Origin: Candidatus Latescibacterota bacterium
GTDB taxonomy: Bacteria; Latescibacterota; UBA2968
Reading direction: 5' to 3'
Length of the DNA stretch: 64,000 nucleotides
NCBI GenBank assembly: GCA_965205975.1
Contig: OZ242195.1
Coordinates: forward strand, 3,680,001-3,744,000
Shown one piece after another: positions 9,316 to 19,343 of the stretch (position 1 is the stretch's first letter; every line of letters begins with the position of its first letter). A program made the position numbers and the translations under genes. A model generated the notes under the pieces. The model was not told where the DNA came from and did not search any database. It saw only the letters and a program-made list of their open reading frames with translations.

Positions 9316-10899
9316 ATGATAAAAAAAATAGCTAATGGCCGATGGTTCATGCTGCTTTTTCTCGCGCTCTTTGCCTGTGGCGAAGAAGAAGCACAACAGG
9401 CAGAGGGACAAGGCGGACGTGCTGGACGCGGCGGACGTGCTGGACGCGGTGGTGGCGCTGCTGCGCCCGTCAAGGTCGAGAATGTACAGCGAGGGGACAT
9501 TTCTGCATATATTCTCAAAAATACGACACTCGAAGCCGAAAGATGGGTTGACGTTCGAGCGCGCAGAGCCGGGCAGGTCATCGCATTACTAAAAGAAGAA
9601 GGCGACCCCGTACGCGCGGGTACCATCCTGGCACGACTCGACGCCGACGCTGCTCAAATCAGCGTCTCGCAGCGAGAAATTTCGTATCGTGAAGCCAAAC
9701 AGCGGTATGAACGCGAAGATGCCTTATTTCAGCGCAATCTGGGTAGCAAACAGTCTTATGAAAATGCCAAGACCCAATTCGAATCGTCCAAAGCACAACT
9801 CGAACAGGCCAAACTCGATTTGAGTTACACGACAATTAGAGCACCCATTGAAGGCATTATGACGCTGAGAAATATTGAGGTCGGCAACATGGTCACCAAC
9901 AATCAGGTGGTCGCCTCCGTAGCTAAATTCGATCCCCTGCTTGCACGCATCCAGGTAACCGAAAAGGACTTTGGCAAAATCACCGTAGGGCAGACCGCGC
10001 GCATTACAGTTGAAGCCGCGCCTGAAAGAGAATTTACGGGCACAGTCAAAATGATCAGCCCGGTGGTAGATCCCGAAAGCGGCACGGTTAAAGTAACCGT
10101 TGAGATACCTCGAACAGATGCAAGTCTGCTGCGCCCGGGAATGTTTGCCTCGGTTTATATTATCACGGAAACGCGAAGAAACACCCTGGTCATTCCCAAA
10201 AAAGCCCTCGTGCTCGAAGGAGAAGGCAACCAGGTATTCACCTTTGAAACCGATCCCGAAAGCGGGCGCGGTCAGGCACAACGCAGACGCATTGAAATCG
10301 GCTTTACAGACAGTGACCGTTTAGAGATTCTCTCGGGTCTTTCCCAAGGAGAGCAAGTCATTACCGTAGGGCAGGAAGGATTGCGGCCTGGTTCTTCCGT
10401 ACGCCTCGTAGGTGAGGCAGCACCTCCCGCATTTGCCGGACGCGGTGGACAGGGACGCGCTGGACGCGGACAGATGGGACAAGGTGGTCAGGGTAGGCAG
10501 GGACGCGGACAAATGGGACAGGGCGAAGGACGCGCTGGACGTGGACAAATGGCCGAAGGTGGACAGGGTAGGCAGGGACGTGGACAGATGGGACAGGGCG
10601 AAGGACGCGCTGGACGTGGACAGATGGGTGAAGGTGCACAGGGTAGGCAGGGACGCGGACAAATGGGACAAGGCGGACAAGGTGGACAGGGCAGAGGTTT
10701 TGCAGGCGGGCAAGGCGGCGGTGATCTCACAGACCGCATGAAACGCATGATTGAGCGCATCCCCGAAGTCAAAGCCGAATACGAAAAGCGCGTGAAAGAC
10801 GATCCCGAACTCGCAACAAATATGGAAAAACTCCGCGCTTTTGTGACTGAGATGCGAGAAAAAGGATTGATACCATCACGAGGCGGACGAGGTAATTAA
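9316..10899 (+). CDS. RND efflux periplasmic adaptor (MFP) lipoprotein with Gly/Arg/Gln-rich tail
   Basis: Lipobox LFAC, TIRAPIEG, PVVDPESGTVKV, LRPGMFA. Confidence 0.92.
   Translation: MIKKIANGRWFMLLFLALFACGEEEAQQAEGQGGRAGRGGRAGRGGGAAAPVKVENVQRGDISAYILKNTTLEAERWVDVRARRAGQVIALLKEEGDPVRAGTILARLDADAAQISVSQREISYREAKQRYEREDALFQRNLGSKQSYENAKTQFESSKAQLEQAKLDLSYTTIRAPIEGIMTLRNIEVGNMVTNNQVVASVAKFDPLLARIQVTEKDFGKITVGQTARITVEAAPEREFTGTVKMISPVVDPESGTVKVTVEIPRTDASLLRPGMFASVYIITETRRNTLVIPKKALVLEGEGNQVFTFETDPESGRGQAQRRRIEIGFTDSDRLEILSGLSQGEQVITVGQEGLRPGSSVRLVGEAAPPAFAGRGGQGRAGRGQMGQGGQGRQGRGQMGQGEGRAGRGQMAEGGQGRQGRGQMGQGEGRAGRGQMGEGAQGRQGRGQMGQGGQGGQGRGFAGGQGGGDLTDRMKRMIERIPEVKAEYEKRVKDDPELATNMEKLRAFVTEMREKGLIPSRGGRGN
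10453..10677 (+). repeat. 3 x 75-bp coding tandem repeat (GRAGRGQMxxGxQGRQGRGQMGQGx)
   Basis: Units start at 10453, 10528 and 10603, read directly. Confidence 0.9.
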
Positions 10900-10904
10900 A
10901 ACCC

Positions 10905-13900
10905 ATGAAACTCATTGAATTTTCGACCCGGCGACGGGTAACAGTAACGATGTTTGTGGCTGCGGCAGTGCTATTCGGCATGGTCGCTTTTCAGCGCCTA
11001 TCGATTAACCTGCTCCCCGATATCACCTATCCCACCCTGACGGTACGCACAGAATACGAAGGCACAGCACCCTCAGAGATGGAACGTTTAATCACCGAGC
11101 CGATTGAGGGATCTGTAGGTGTGGTAAACGGAGTCATCCGGGTAACCTCGGCCTCGCGCCCAGGCATGTCGGATGTGGTTGTGGAATTCGCCTGGGGCAC
11201 GGACATGGATTTTGCTTCTCTCGATATTCGAGAAAAGCTCGATCAAGTGCGCCTGCCACAGGACGTGAGAAAACCCGTACTGCTGAGATTTGATCCTTCG
11301 CTCGATCCGATCATGCGTATCGGCCTCTATGGCGAAGAAAGTTTGATTTCGCTACGCCTCCTGGCCGAAGAAGAAATTAAGCCCGAGTTGGAAAGTCTCG
11401 AAGGCGTCGCATCTGTGCGCGTCAATGGCGGGCTGGAAGAAGAAATACAAGTTGAGATCGACCAACCCAAACTGGCTACATTGCGCATTCCACTCGCTCA
11501 GGTCGTCAATCGCTTAGCCCAGGAAAATGTGAACTTAACGGGCGGAGAACTCAAAGACGGCGAAGCGGAATACCTGGTTCGCACATTCAACGAATTTAAA
11601 ACAATAGAAGAAATTCAGGATATCGTGGTAGGCCAGCGGCAGGGCACAGTTATCACATTAGCCGATGTAGGACTGGTGACCCGAGGACATCGCGAACGCA
11701 CGGTAATCACGCGTATTGACGGGCAAGAAAGCGTCGAACTCGCCATATACAAAGAGGGCGATGCCAATACTGTAACAGTTGCACAAGCCGTTAAAGAAGC
11801 CGTCGCACAATTCCGCCGAACATCCGGCGATTTGCTCGGTAATTCGCGTATGGAGGTCGTCTCCGATCAATCGACATTCATTCGAGACTCGGTCTCCGAG
11901 GTCCTCAACACCGCTATTTTGGGCGGTTTTTTGGCCATCATCGTTCTCTACCTATTTTTGCAAAGCCCCAAAAGCACGGGCATCATCAGCGTATCCATTC
12001 CCATTTCAGTTGTTGCCACATTTTTCCTCATGTACGCATCGGATGTGAGCCTCAACATCATGTCATTGGGTGGACTCGCCCTGGGAATAGGCATGCTGGT
12101 TGACAACTCAATCGTCGTACTCGAAAGTGTACAGCGTTACCAGGATAGCGGCCTGAGTCCGCGTGAAGCCACCAATAAAGGGGGGTCTGAGGTGGGGCAG
12201 GCTGTGGTGGCTTCTACAATGACGACAATATGTGTATTTGTCCCCATTGTCTTTGTAGAAGGCATTGCTGGACAACTCTTCCGAGATCAGGCACTCACCG
12301 TGACCTATTCGCTTGTCGCTTCCCTCCTTGTCGCACTCACAGTCATACCCATGCTGGCTTCGTTGGAATTTTCATGGATCGGCGAATTTGCCGCCGTAGA
12401 GCAACGGAAAAAGGAAAGTGGACACAGGGGTGGTGTAGAAGGTCCCGCCCACATAATGGGATGGCTCGGAACGATTGCGGGATGGCTCGGGCGCGGTATT
12501 CTGGCCTGTCTGGCACCCTTATTCTGGCTTTTTGACAGAGTGATTGGGCGAGCTTATCTCATCTACCCGCACATTATCAGGTGGGCACTCAGACATCGCC
12601 TATATGTAATTGGGTTGGCAATAGCCCTCCTGGGCGGCACTGCGACACTTGGCAATAGACTGGGCAGTGAACTGATTCCCGAAATGAGCCAGGGTGAGTT
12701 CTCAATTTCAGTCGAAATGCCACTGGGTACGCCCCTTGCCGCGACCACGCAATCCATTCAAGCCATTGAGAGAATTGTGCGCAGCCAACCCGAAGTACGT
12801 CTGGTGTACAGCATTGTCGGCACGCAATCGGCATCTGGGGGAAGCGGCGGAGAAGATAGGGAAAATGTCGGCGAAGTCAATGTCGTACTCCACGAGGGTA
12901 TTATTCGAGATCGCGAAATTGCCGTGATGGATCGCTTGCGCCAAATGATCCTGGAAATTCCCGCCGTAGATACAAAATTTACTCGCCCATCGCTATTTTC
13001 TTCCCGCACGCCCATCGAAGTGGAAGTCGCCGGTTATAATTTGCAGTCGCTACAGATGATCGCCGGGGAAATGATGGCGCGCATGCAAACCATTCCGGGA
13101 CTGACAGATGTTAAAACCACGAGCGAGGGCGGTACACCCGAAGTACAAATTCGGTTTGACCGCAAGCGTGTGGCGCAAATGGGCACGACGATTAATGCCA
13201 TTGGCGAGATTATTCGCAATCAGGTTCAAGGGGAGGTTGCCACACAATTTACCCGAGGAGACCGGCGAGTCGATATTCGCGTCCGCGCCGAGGAAGAGCA
13301 TCGAAGCACAGTAGATGATCTGAGGCGATTGATCATCAGCCCCAACAATGCCCCATCGCCAGTTCCTTTGAGTGTAGTCGCCGATTTACAGGTGGAAATG
13401 GGACCTGCTGAAATTCGCAGAATTGATCAGGAGCGCGTGGCATTGATTTCAGCCAATCTGGTAGGGCGAAGTCTGAGTGCTGTTGTCGCAGACCTCGAAC
13501 GCGAAATCGATCGGATGGAGTTGCCCGCCGATTTTGCAATTAAAGTGGGTGGACAAAATGAAGAGCAACAGCGGTCGTTTGAAAGTATGCAATTGGCGAT
13601 TGGATTGGCCATCTTCCTCGTTTATCTGGTAATGGCATCGCAGTTTGAATCGCTCGTTCACCCCTTCGTGATCATGTTTGCCATCCCTTTTGCGCTGGTA
13701 GGTGTTTTTGCCCTGCTCCTCCTGACCGGACAAACCATCAGCGTGGTCGTGCTCATCGGTTTGATTATGCTCGCCGGCATTGTCGTCAACAATGCCATCG
13801 TGCTCATCGATTATATCAACACCCTTCGAAGAGATCAAGGCATGCCCAAAATGGAGGCCATAGCAGAAGGGGGCAAAGTGCGCCTGCGTCCCATTTTAAT

Positions 13901-14180
13901 GACCACCTCGACAACCGTGCTCGGTTTGTTGCCTATGGCGCTGGGCGTTTTCAATTTTCAGCCCCTTGTCAAAAGCATTGAAGGCGTGCTGGATGGCATA
14001 TTGTCCGGACAGGTATTCGTCGTGGTCATGGCTGTAGTGGGTATGGTATTCCCTGTGGGACAGGGCGCAGAGATACGCGCGCCTATGGCCATTACCGTTA
14101 TCGGCGGCCTGGTCGTATCAACACTGGTAACCCTGGTACTGATCCCAACGCTGTATTCCCTAACCGACCGCAAGGAATAG
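10905..14180 (+). CDS. RND efflux permease (AcrB/AcrD/AcrF family)
   Basis: GMLVDNSIVVLE, GIVVNNAIVLID, RLRPILMT; 1091 aa. Confidence 0.95.
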   Translation: MKLIEFSTRRRVTVTMFVAAAVLFGMVAFQRLSINLLPDITYPTLTVRTEYEGTAPSEMERLITEPIEGSVGVVNGVIRVTSASRPGMSDVVVEFAWGTDMDFASLDIREKLDQVRLPQDVRKPVLLRFDPSLDPIMRIGLYGEESLISLRLLAEEEIKPELESLEGVASVRVNGGLEEEIQVEIDQPKLATLRIPLAQVVNRLAQENVNLTGGELKDGEAEYLVRTFNEFKTIEEIQDIVVGQRQGTVITLADVGLVTRGHRERTVITRIDGQESVELAIYKEGDANTVTVAQAVKEAVAQFRRTSGDLLGNSRMEVVSDQSTFIRDSVSEVLNTAILGGFLAIIVLYLFLQSPKSTGIISVSIPISVVATFFLMYASDVSLNIMSLGGLALGIGMLVDNSIVVLESVQRYQDSGLSPREATNKGGSEVGQAVVASTMTTICVFVPIVFVEGIAGQLFRDQALTVTYSLVASLLVALTVIPMLASLEFSWIGEFAAVEQRKKESGHRGGVEGPAHIMGWLGTIAGWLGRGILACLAPLFWLFDRVIGRAYLIYPHIIRWALRHRLYVIGLAIALLGGTATLGNRLGSELIPEMSQGEFSISVEMPLGTPLAATTQSIQAIERIVRSQPEVRLVYSIVGTQSASGGSGGEDRENVGEVNVVLHEGIIRDREIAVMDRLRQMILEIPAVDTKFTRPSLFSSRTPIEVEVAGYNLQSLQMIAGEMMARMQTIPGLTDVKTTSEGGTPEVQIRFDRKRVAQMGTTINAIGEIIRNQVQGEVATQFTRGDRRVDIRVRAEEEHRSTVDDLRRLIISPNNAPSPVPLSVVADLQVEMGPAEIRRIDQERVALISANLVGRSLSAVVADLEREIDRMELPADFAIKVGGQNEEQQRSFESMQLAIGLAIFLVYLVMASQFESLVHPFVIMFAIPFALVGVFALLLLTGQTISVVVLIGLIMLAGIVVNNAIVLIDYINTLRRDQGMPKMEAIAEGGKVRLRPILMTTSTTVLGLLPMALGVFNFQPLVKSIEGVLDGILSGQVFVVVMAVVGMVFPVGQGAEIRAPMAITVIGGLVVSTLVTLVLIPTLYSLTDRKE

Positions 14181-14181
14181 C

Positions 14182-15003
14182 ATGGAGCAGAGCCGAAATG
14201 AAGCGTTTGTCGAATCGCTTCAGAACTATTCGCTTTCAGAACTCGAAGATATTTATGCACATCTGGACCGAGACCTGTTTCCAGAGCGATTCGATCAAGT
14301 TAGGGACGAAATTGAAGCGCGCTTAAAGGACTTTGATTCAAAAGCTACAGGCATAAGTACACTAATTGAGCCACCCGGATTTTTGAGACGCATCGCATCG
14401 AGCGCGATTGATTTCTCCATGCAAGTGCTCGTTCCTTTTTTGATTTTTTTTCTTCTCAAAAGCGTTCTTTTTCCCAGTGCTCCAACCGCAAGTGCCGGTG
14501 GTGGACGAGGCGGCGGTGGACGCGGCGGCGGTGGACGCGGCGGGCGAGGTGGCGGCGACAATCAATCCGATGATCTCTGGTCAGACATCACGGGTTTTGT
14601 GGGAAGTGCGAAGGACATCGCTGTTGGATTGTTTGAAGGGGACCCCGCAGCACAGAGCAGGGCGATGCTTATCTGGAACGATTTTGGCATCATCCTGGTC
14701 ATTTTACTCGTTTTCCGGGTCTTCATGACCTTATCGGGGTGGGCGCGTTCTGGATTTACCCCTGGAATGCGCGAATTGGGCATTCGGGTCGAGCGCGTTG
14801 GAGGCGGTGTTCCAACCTGGTCACAAGCGGTGGGCAGATTTGTTCTACAGCCTCTAATTTTTATCGCGACAGTCGGGCTCAGCGGTCTGTGGGTGCTATG
14901 GGATCGCGACAGTCGGGCACTTCACGATAAAATTCTCGGCACAAGGCTCGTTCGCGTGGTGCGTACCTGGGAAAAAACTGGAACCGAGAGAAAATTTGAA
15001 TAG
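14182..15003 (+). CDS. RDD-family membrane protein with Gly/Arg insert
   Basis: GFLRRIASSAID, TPGMRELGIRV, RALHDKILGT; internal GGGRGGGGRGGGGRGGRGGG. Confidence 0.8.
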   Translation: MEQSRNEAFVESLQNYSLSELEDIYAHLDRDLFPERFDQVRDEIEARLKDFDSKATGISTLIEPPGFLRRIASSAIDFSMQVLVPFLIFFLLKSVLFPSAPTASAGGGRGGGGRGGGGRGGRGGGDNQSDDLWSDITGFVGSAKDIAVGLFEGDPAAQSRAMLIWNDFGIILVILLVFRVFMTLSGWARSGFTPGMRELGIRVERVGGGVPTWSQAVGRFVLQPLIFIATVGLSGLWVLWDRDSRALHDKILGTRLVRVVRTWEKTGTERKFE

Positions 15004-15082
15004 AATATGTCAATTATCCGAAACTTTTGATCATGTGATCTCGTCTAAACCCTCGAAATATTTAAGAGGAGGAGTAAGTATT

Positions 15083-15517
15083 ATGAGGCGGATGTATAAA
15101 ATGTGTTGCGTCGTGCTGGCAACCGCATTTTTTCTGGGGTGTTTGGCCCCTGTTGCCGAAGCGCAGTCCCTTTTTACTGCACGGCGCACGTTTGGTATCT
15201 TATTTCTCGGAGGTAGTGCGTTTATGGCCAAGCGCGCCATTGATTATAAGCGCGATGCAAACGACATTTATGAAGCCTACAAGGCGGCAACTGATGCACG
15301 GGAAGCCGAACAGCTTTTTAACCGCACAAGTGATCGAGATACCAAGAGCCAGATGAGTATTGGATTTTCCGCAATTTTGTTGATCAGTGGTTTGCGTTTG
15401 CTCATGCACAGCGGCGTGGATGATAAAATGCCCAAAATTGATCGACGAATCAAAATTGATCTCAACAGTGATATTCGCAAAAAGTCTGTTGGGATTGTGT
15501 TAAAGAAAAAATTTTAA
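15083..15517 (+). CDS. Hypothetical exported/membrane protein
   Basis: Strong RBS GAGGAGGAG, signal peptide ending AEA, two hydrophobic segments, C-terminal Phe. Confidence 0.7.
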   Translation: MRRMYKMCCVVLATAFFLGCLAPVAEAQSLFTARRTFGILFLGGSAFMAKRAIDYKRDANDIYEAYKAATDAREAEQLFNRTSDRDTKSQMSIGFSAILLISGLRLLMHSGVDDKMPKIDRRIKIDLNSDIRKKSVGIVLKKKF

Positions 15518-15547
15518 TCATCAATAATGGGCCATGAGGAGATTATT

Positions 15548-18500
15548 ATGAATCACTGGTGGACGCGCCGACTACAAGTCGGCCTTTTGGGGATTGCGAT
15601 AATTTTAATTGCTATGTGGGGATGCGGACGCGAGCGCGTCAATCCAATTGACGCACAATATGAGGGTGAGGGAAGCGTAACTCTGAATTCGCCGGGCAAT
15701 ATTCGCGCCCAGGGCGGTATTGCACGGATCACATTGAACTGGAATCCGGTAAACAGCACCAGCCTTGCGGGATACGGCATATGGCGGTCAACATCGGCTA
15801 CGGGAGACTACGTGCTGTTACGCGGCGAATCATCTGTCCCTGACGTGACGACAGCACGGACGACTTATGTGGATTCGACAATAGATGTTAGTGTATCGAA
15901 AATATACTTTTACAAGCTCAGTAGCGTAGATGTAGATGGACAAGCGAGCGAATTGTCTGCATTTGTGAGCGCAGAAGTCCTCGATGACACGCGCGCGCCG
16001 GCTATGCCGACAAATCTCGTCGCTATCACCGATGCCGATGGCAGACAGGTGACACTGGGCTGGTCAGCGCCAGAAACGGATGTGGGCAATCAGGAATTGA
16101 CCGGCTTGTCCGGGTACAGAATTTTCAGGATTAAAGATTCACAGGGCGTACTCCAGATACAGGGTTCACAAACAGCTCTGGTCCAACTCGCAACAGAATT
16201 GGGCATTGACCTCGATAACCTGGGAGCAATATCCGACGATTTGAAGGATATTTTTGTTGAACTTGGAACAGTGCCAGCCGGCCAGACTTATTTCCTCGAT
16301 ACCGATGGACTCGAAGCTGGCGTACTTCACGTTTATGTGGTCATCGCCGTTGATCCAGATGGCAACATCGGGCCTCCAGCACTTGCTTTGGTGACGATAA
16401 GCGCACCGGGCGCGAGCGTACCAGTGCCCGCTGGCTTGCGCGCAACACAAAATGAACAGGCGCGCATTGTCATCTCCTGGAATCCCGTAAACGATCCCAA
16501 TTTGCTGGGCTATCTGGTCTTGCGGTCACAATCGACGCAAGGTCCCTTCACACCCGTAACAAGCGACACGCTCTTTACCACGGGGCAAACGACCTATGTC
16601 GATTCGCTTGTCACCACCGATCAAGTGTACTACTACAAAGTTCAAACCGTTGTGCAAGATCCCAATCTTGGACTATTGCGCAGTGATACTTCCACCTTTA
16701 CCGATGGCCTGGCACTTACCGATCAAAGCGCTCCTGGTGCGCCCTCAGATCTCATTGTCAGCCTGGACGATGCGAATTTCCAGCGGGTGATGCTCAGCTG
16801 GACGGCACCTGTAACAGACAGAAATGGCAATGAGTTGACCGGATTGGCCTCCTTTGAAATCTACCGGTCACGCGACAACAACACATCCTTTGCGTTGATC
16901 GCCACAGTATCGAGCGATCAGGTGAGCTTTGTGGATACGTCTGTCGAATTGCTCACGACGTATTTCTATGCGGTCAGAGCAGTGGATCAGGCTGGCAATG
17001 TCGGACCCCGGTCTCAGCCGATATCTGTGACCACGAAGGGATTTGCCATCCCGCGCAACGTGCAAGCCGCTGGTGGTGAGCAGAAAATCACCTTGACCTG
17101 GGCGGCAAATACCGAGCCGGAATTGACCGGATATGAAATACTCCGCTATACAGATCCCACGCACGAAACGCCCGACAAAACCTTCTCTTCTGTATTGACG
17201 ACATACATAGATACCCCCGTCACAGCAGATCAGCCCTTTGTGTATCGCGTGCGTGCGGTTGGCACCGCCAATGTGAAGAGTGAATTGTCACCCCCCGTCT
17301 CTGCCCAGGCCATTGAATCTGCGCCTGTTTTGGCAGCCCCGCGCAATGTGCAGGCAAGAGGTGGAATAGGACACATTACCATCACCTGGTCTGCCAATAC
17401 AGAACCAGAACTGACCGGGTATCGCGTCATGCGCTATACAGACCCGGCACAGACAGTGGCCGAAGCGACCTTCACAACTGTGCAAACGACTTACGTCGAT
17501 TCGCCACTGGTATCGGGACAGACCTATGTGTATCGCGTGCAGGCGGTTGGCACCAATAACGAAGAAAGCGAACGGTCACTATACGCCTCTGCAACCGTCT
17601 CAGCCGATCAGAGTCCTCCCGGCGCACCATCAGATCTCATCGTCAGCCTGGACGATGCGAATTTCCAGCGCGTGATGCTCAGCTGGACGGCTCCCACGCG
17701 AGACAGCAATAACAATGAGTTGACCGGACTGGCCTCCTTTGAGATCTACCGGTCACGCGGGAACAACACATCCTTTGCGCTGGTCACCACAGTATCGAGC
17801 GATCAGGTGAGTTATGTAGATACGTCTGTCGAATTGCTCACGACGTATTTCTATGCGATCAGAGCAGTGGATCAGGCTGGCAATGCCGGACCCCGGTCAC
17901 AGCCGGTATCTGTGACGACCAAAGGATTTGCTGCACCGCGCAACGTGCAGGCGACTGCTGGGGTGCAGAAAATCACCTTGACCTGGGCGGCAAATACCGA
18001 GCCGGAATTGACCGGATACGAGATATTGCGCTATACAGATCTCTCCCAGGCAACACCTGACCGGACCTTCTCTTCCATATTGACGACGTATGTGGATACG
18101 CCTGTCACAGCAGATCAGCCCTTTGTGTATCGCGTGCGTGCGGTTGGTCCTTCCAACGTGAAGAGCGAACTCTCGGCTCCTGTCTCTGCTCAGGCCACTG
18201 CGCCTGCGCCTGTTCTGGCAGCCCCGCGCAATGTGCAGGCAATTGGCGGGATCGAGTACATTGCCATTACGTGGTCAGCCAATACAGAAGCAGAACTGAC
18301 CGGGTATCGCGTATTGCGCTATACAGATACAGATCCTCAAACTGAGGCCGAAGCGACCTTCATAACCCTGGAGACGATCTATATCGATGAGCCACTTGAA
18401 GCAGGGCGGACCTATGTGTATCGCGTGCAGGCGATTGGCACGAATAACGAAGAAAGTGAACTATCGCTATTTGCCCCCGCAACGGTACTGTTTGATGATA

Positions 18501-19120
18501 GCCCGCCTGCTACCCCCGACAATTTTGTCGCTGCTCTGGCAAGTAGCGGTACAGCGATTGAGTTGGGTTGGGACGCCCCCACAAGCGATGAAAATAACAG
18601 CCCCCTGAGCGGACTCACTGGCTTTGTGATCTATCGTGCGGACACATCGAATGTTGGACTAACTGAGCTAACAACCATAGATGATCCGACGCAGGAAATG
18701 TATCTGGATAGGGGTCTGGAAAACCAGACGACGTACAGGTATCAAATCTCTGCCATTGACCAGTACGGCAATGAGAGTGCGCGCTCGTCCATCAAGACAG
18801 TGACCACAACTGATTTGATCGTCGTGCCACCAACGAATCTGCGGGCTTCTTATAATGCCAGTGGTCCCGCGGTCGATTTGAATTGGACAGCCCCTGATGA
18901 ATACGACAGTTTTGTGGTTCAACGGGCAGTACTCGCCGCAGGAACTTCCATTCAAGATTTGACAGATGGCGCTTATACGACTTTGGACTTCGCAGTTCAG
19001 ATCGCGTCTTATAGCGATACAAATATAACAAGTGGTACCATCTATGTTTACCGGGTCCTCACAAATCTTTCCGGACGGATCAGTGATCCTTCCAATATTG
19101 ATATTGTCTCGGTCCCATAG
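15548..19120 (+). CDS. Large fibronectin type III repeat lipoprotein
   Basis: Lipobox MWGC; about 11 FN3 modules (P.N..A....I.L.W ... L.GY.I.R ... YVD ... Y.Y.V.AV..G..S). Confidence 0.88.
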   Translation: MNHWWTRRLQVGLLGIAIILIAMWGCGRERVNPIDAQYEGEGSVTLNSPGNIRAQGGIARITLNWNPVNSTSLAGYGIWRSTSATGDYVLLRGESSVPDVTTARTTYVDSTIDVSVSKIYFYKLSSVDVDGQASELSAFVSAEVLDDTRAPAMPTNLVAITDADGRQVTLGWSAPETDVGNQELTGLSGYRIFRIKDSQGVLQIQGSQTALVQLATELGIDLDNLGAISDDLKDIFVELGTVPAGQTYFLDTDGLEAGVLHVYVVIAVDPDGNIGPPALALVTISAPGASVPVPAGLRATQNEQARIVISWNPVNDPNLLGYLVLRSQSTQGPFTPVTSDTLFTTGQTTYVDSLVTTDQVYYYKVQTVVQDPNLGLLRSDTSTFTDGLALTDQSAPGAPSDLIVSLDDANFQRVMLSWTAPVTDRNGNELTGLASFEIYRSRDNNTSFALIATVSSDQVSFVDTSVELLTTYFYAVRAVDQAGNVGPRSQPISVTTKGFAIPRNVQAAGGEQKITLTWAANTEPELTGYEILRYTDPTHETPDKTFSSVLTTYIDTPVTADQPFVYRVRAVGTANVKSELSPPVSAQAIESAPVLAAPRNVQARGGIGHITITWSANTEPELTGYRVMRYTDPAQTVAEATFTTVQTTYVDSPLVSGQTYVYRVQAVGTNNEESERSLYASATVSADQSPPGAPSDLIVSLDDANFQRVMLSWTAPTRDSNNNELTGLASFEIYRSRGNNTSFALVTTVSSDQVSYVDTSVELLTTYFYAIRAVDQAGNAGPRSQPVSVTTKGFAAPRNVQATAGVQKITLTWAANTEPELTGYEILRYTDLSQATPDRTFSSILTTYVDTPVTADQPFVYRVRAVGPSNVKSELSAPVSAQATAPAPVLAAPRNVQAIGGIEYIAITWSANTEAELTGYRVLRYTDTDPQTEAEATFITLETIYIDEPLEAGRTYVYRVQAIGTNNEESELSLFAPATVLFDDSPPATPDNFVAALASSGTAIELGWDAPTSDENNSPLSGLTGFVIYRADTSNVGLTELTTIDDPTQEMYLDRGLENQTTYRYQISAIDQYGNESARSSIKTVTTTDLIVVPPTNLRASYNASGPAVDLNWTAPDEYDSFVVQRAVLAAGTSIQDLTDGAYTTLDFAVQIASYSDTNITSGTIYVYRVLTNLSGRISDPSNIDIVSVP
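16721..18493 (+). repeat. Internal direct duplication of about 885 bp (three FN3 domains)
   Basis: DQSxPGAPSDLIVSLDDANFQRVMLSWTAP at 16721 and 17606, with long near-identical DNA stretches. Confidence 0.9.
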
Positions 19121-19138
19121 AGAGCCTGCAAGAAAGGA

Positions 19139-19178
19139 AAAAAAGGCGTCCTTCAAAAGAAGGACGCCTTTTTTTTTA
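19139..19178 (+). terminator. Rho-independent terminator, probably bidirectional
   Basis: AAAAAAGGCGTCCTTC-AAAA-GAAGGACGCCTTTTTTTTT after the FN3 gene. Confidence 0.92.
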
Positions 19179-19284
19179 TAAATAAGAGTCAAATGTCGCC
19201 TTTTATGCGTCAGATGTACAAGTCAAAAATTTTCATAATCTCTTTAACTGTTTCTTTATCAACATGTTATAAATTTCATTACCT

Positions 19285-19301
19285 CTGGCACACATTATGC
19301 A
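19285..19301 (+). promoter_or_regulatory. Sigma54 -24/-12 promoter
   Basis: CTGGCACACATTATGCA: TGGCAC with GG-N10-GC spacing, 43 bp upstream of the activator ATG. Confidence 0.7.
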
Positions 19302-19343
19302 TGATGTCTTTTGTAAAACAACTCATTACATATTGGAGGTTTT

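Noticed and set aside
10453..10677. Regular repeats resembling a CRISPR array
   Set aside because: In-frame coding repeats without unique spacers; no cas genes in the window.
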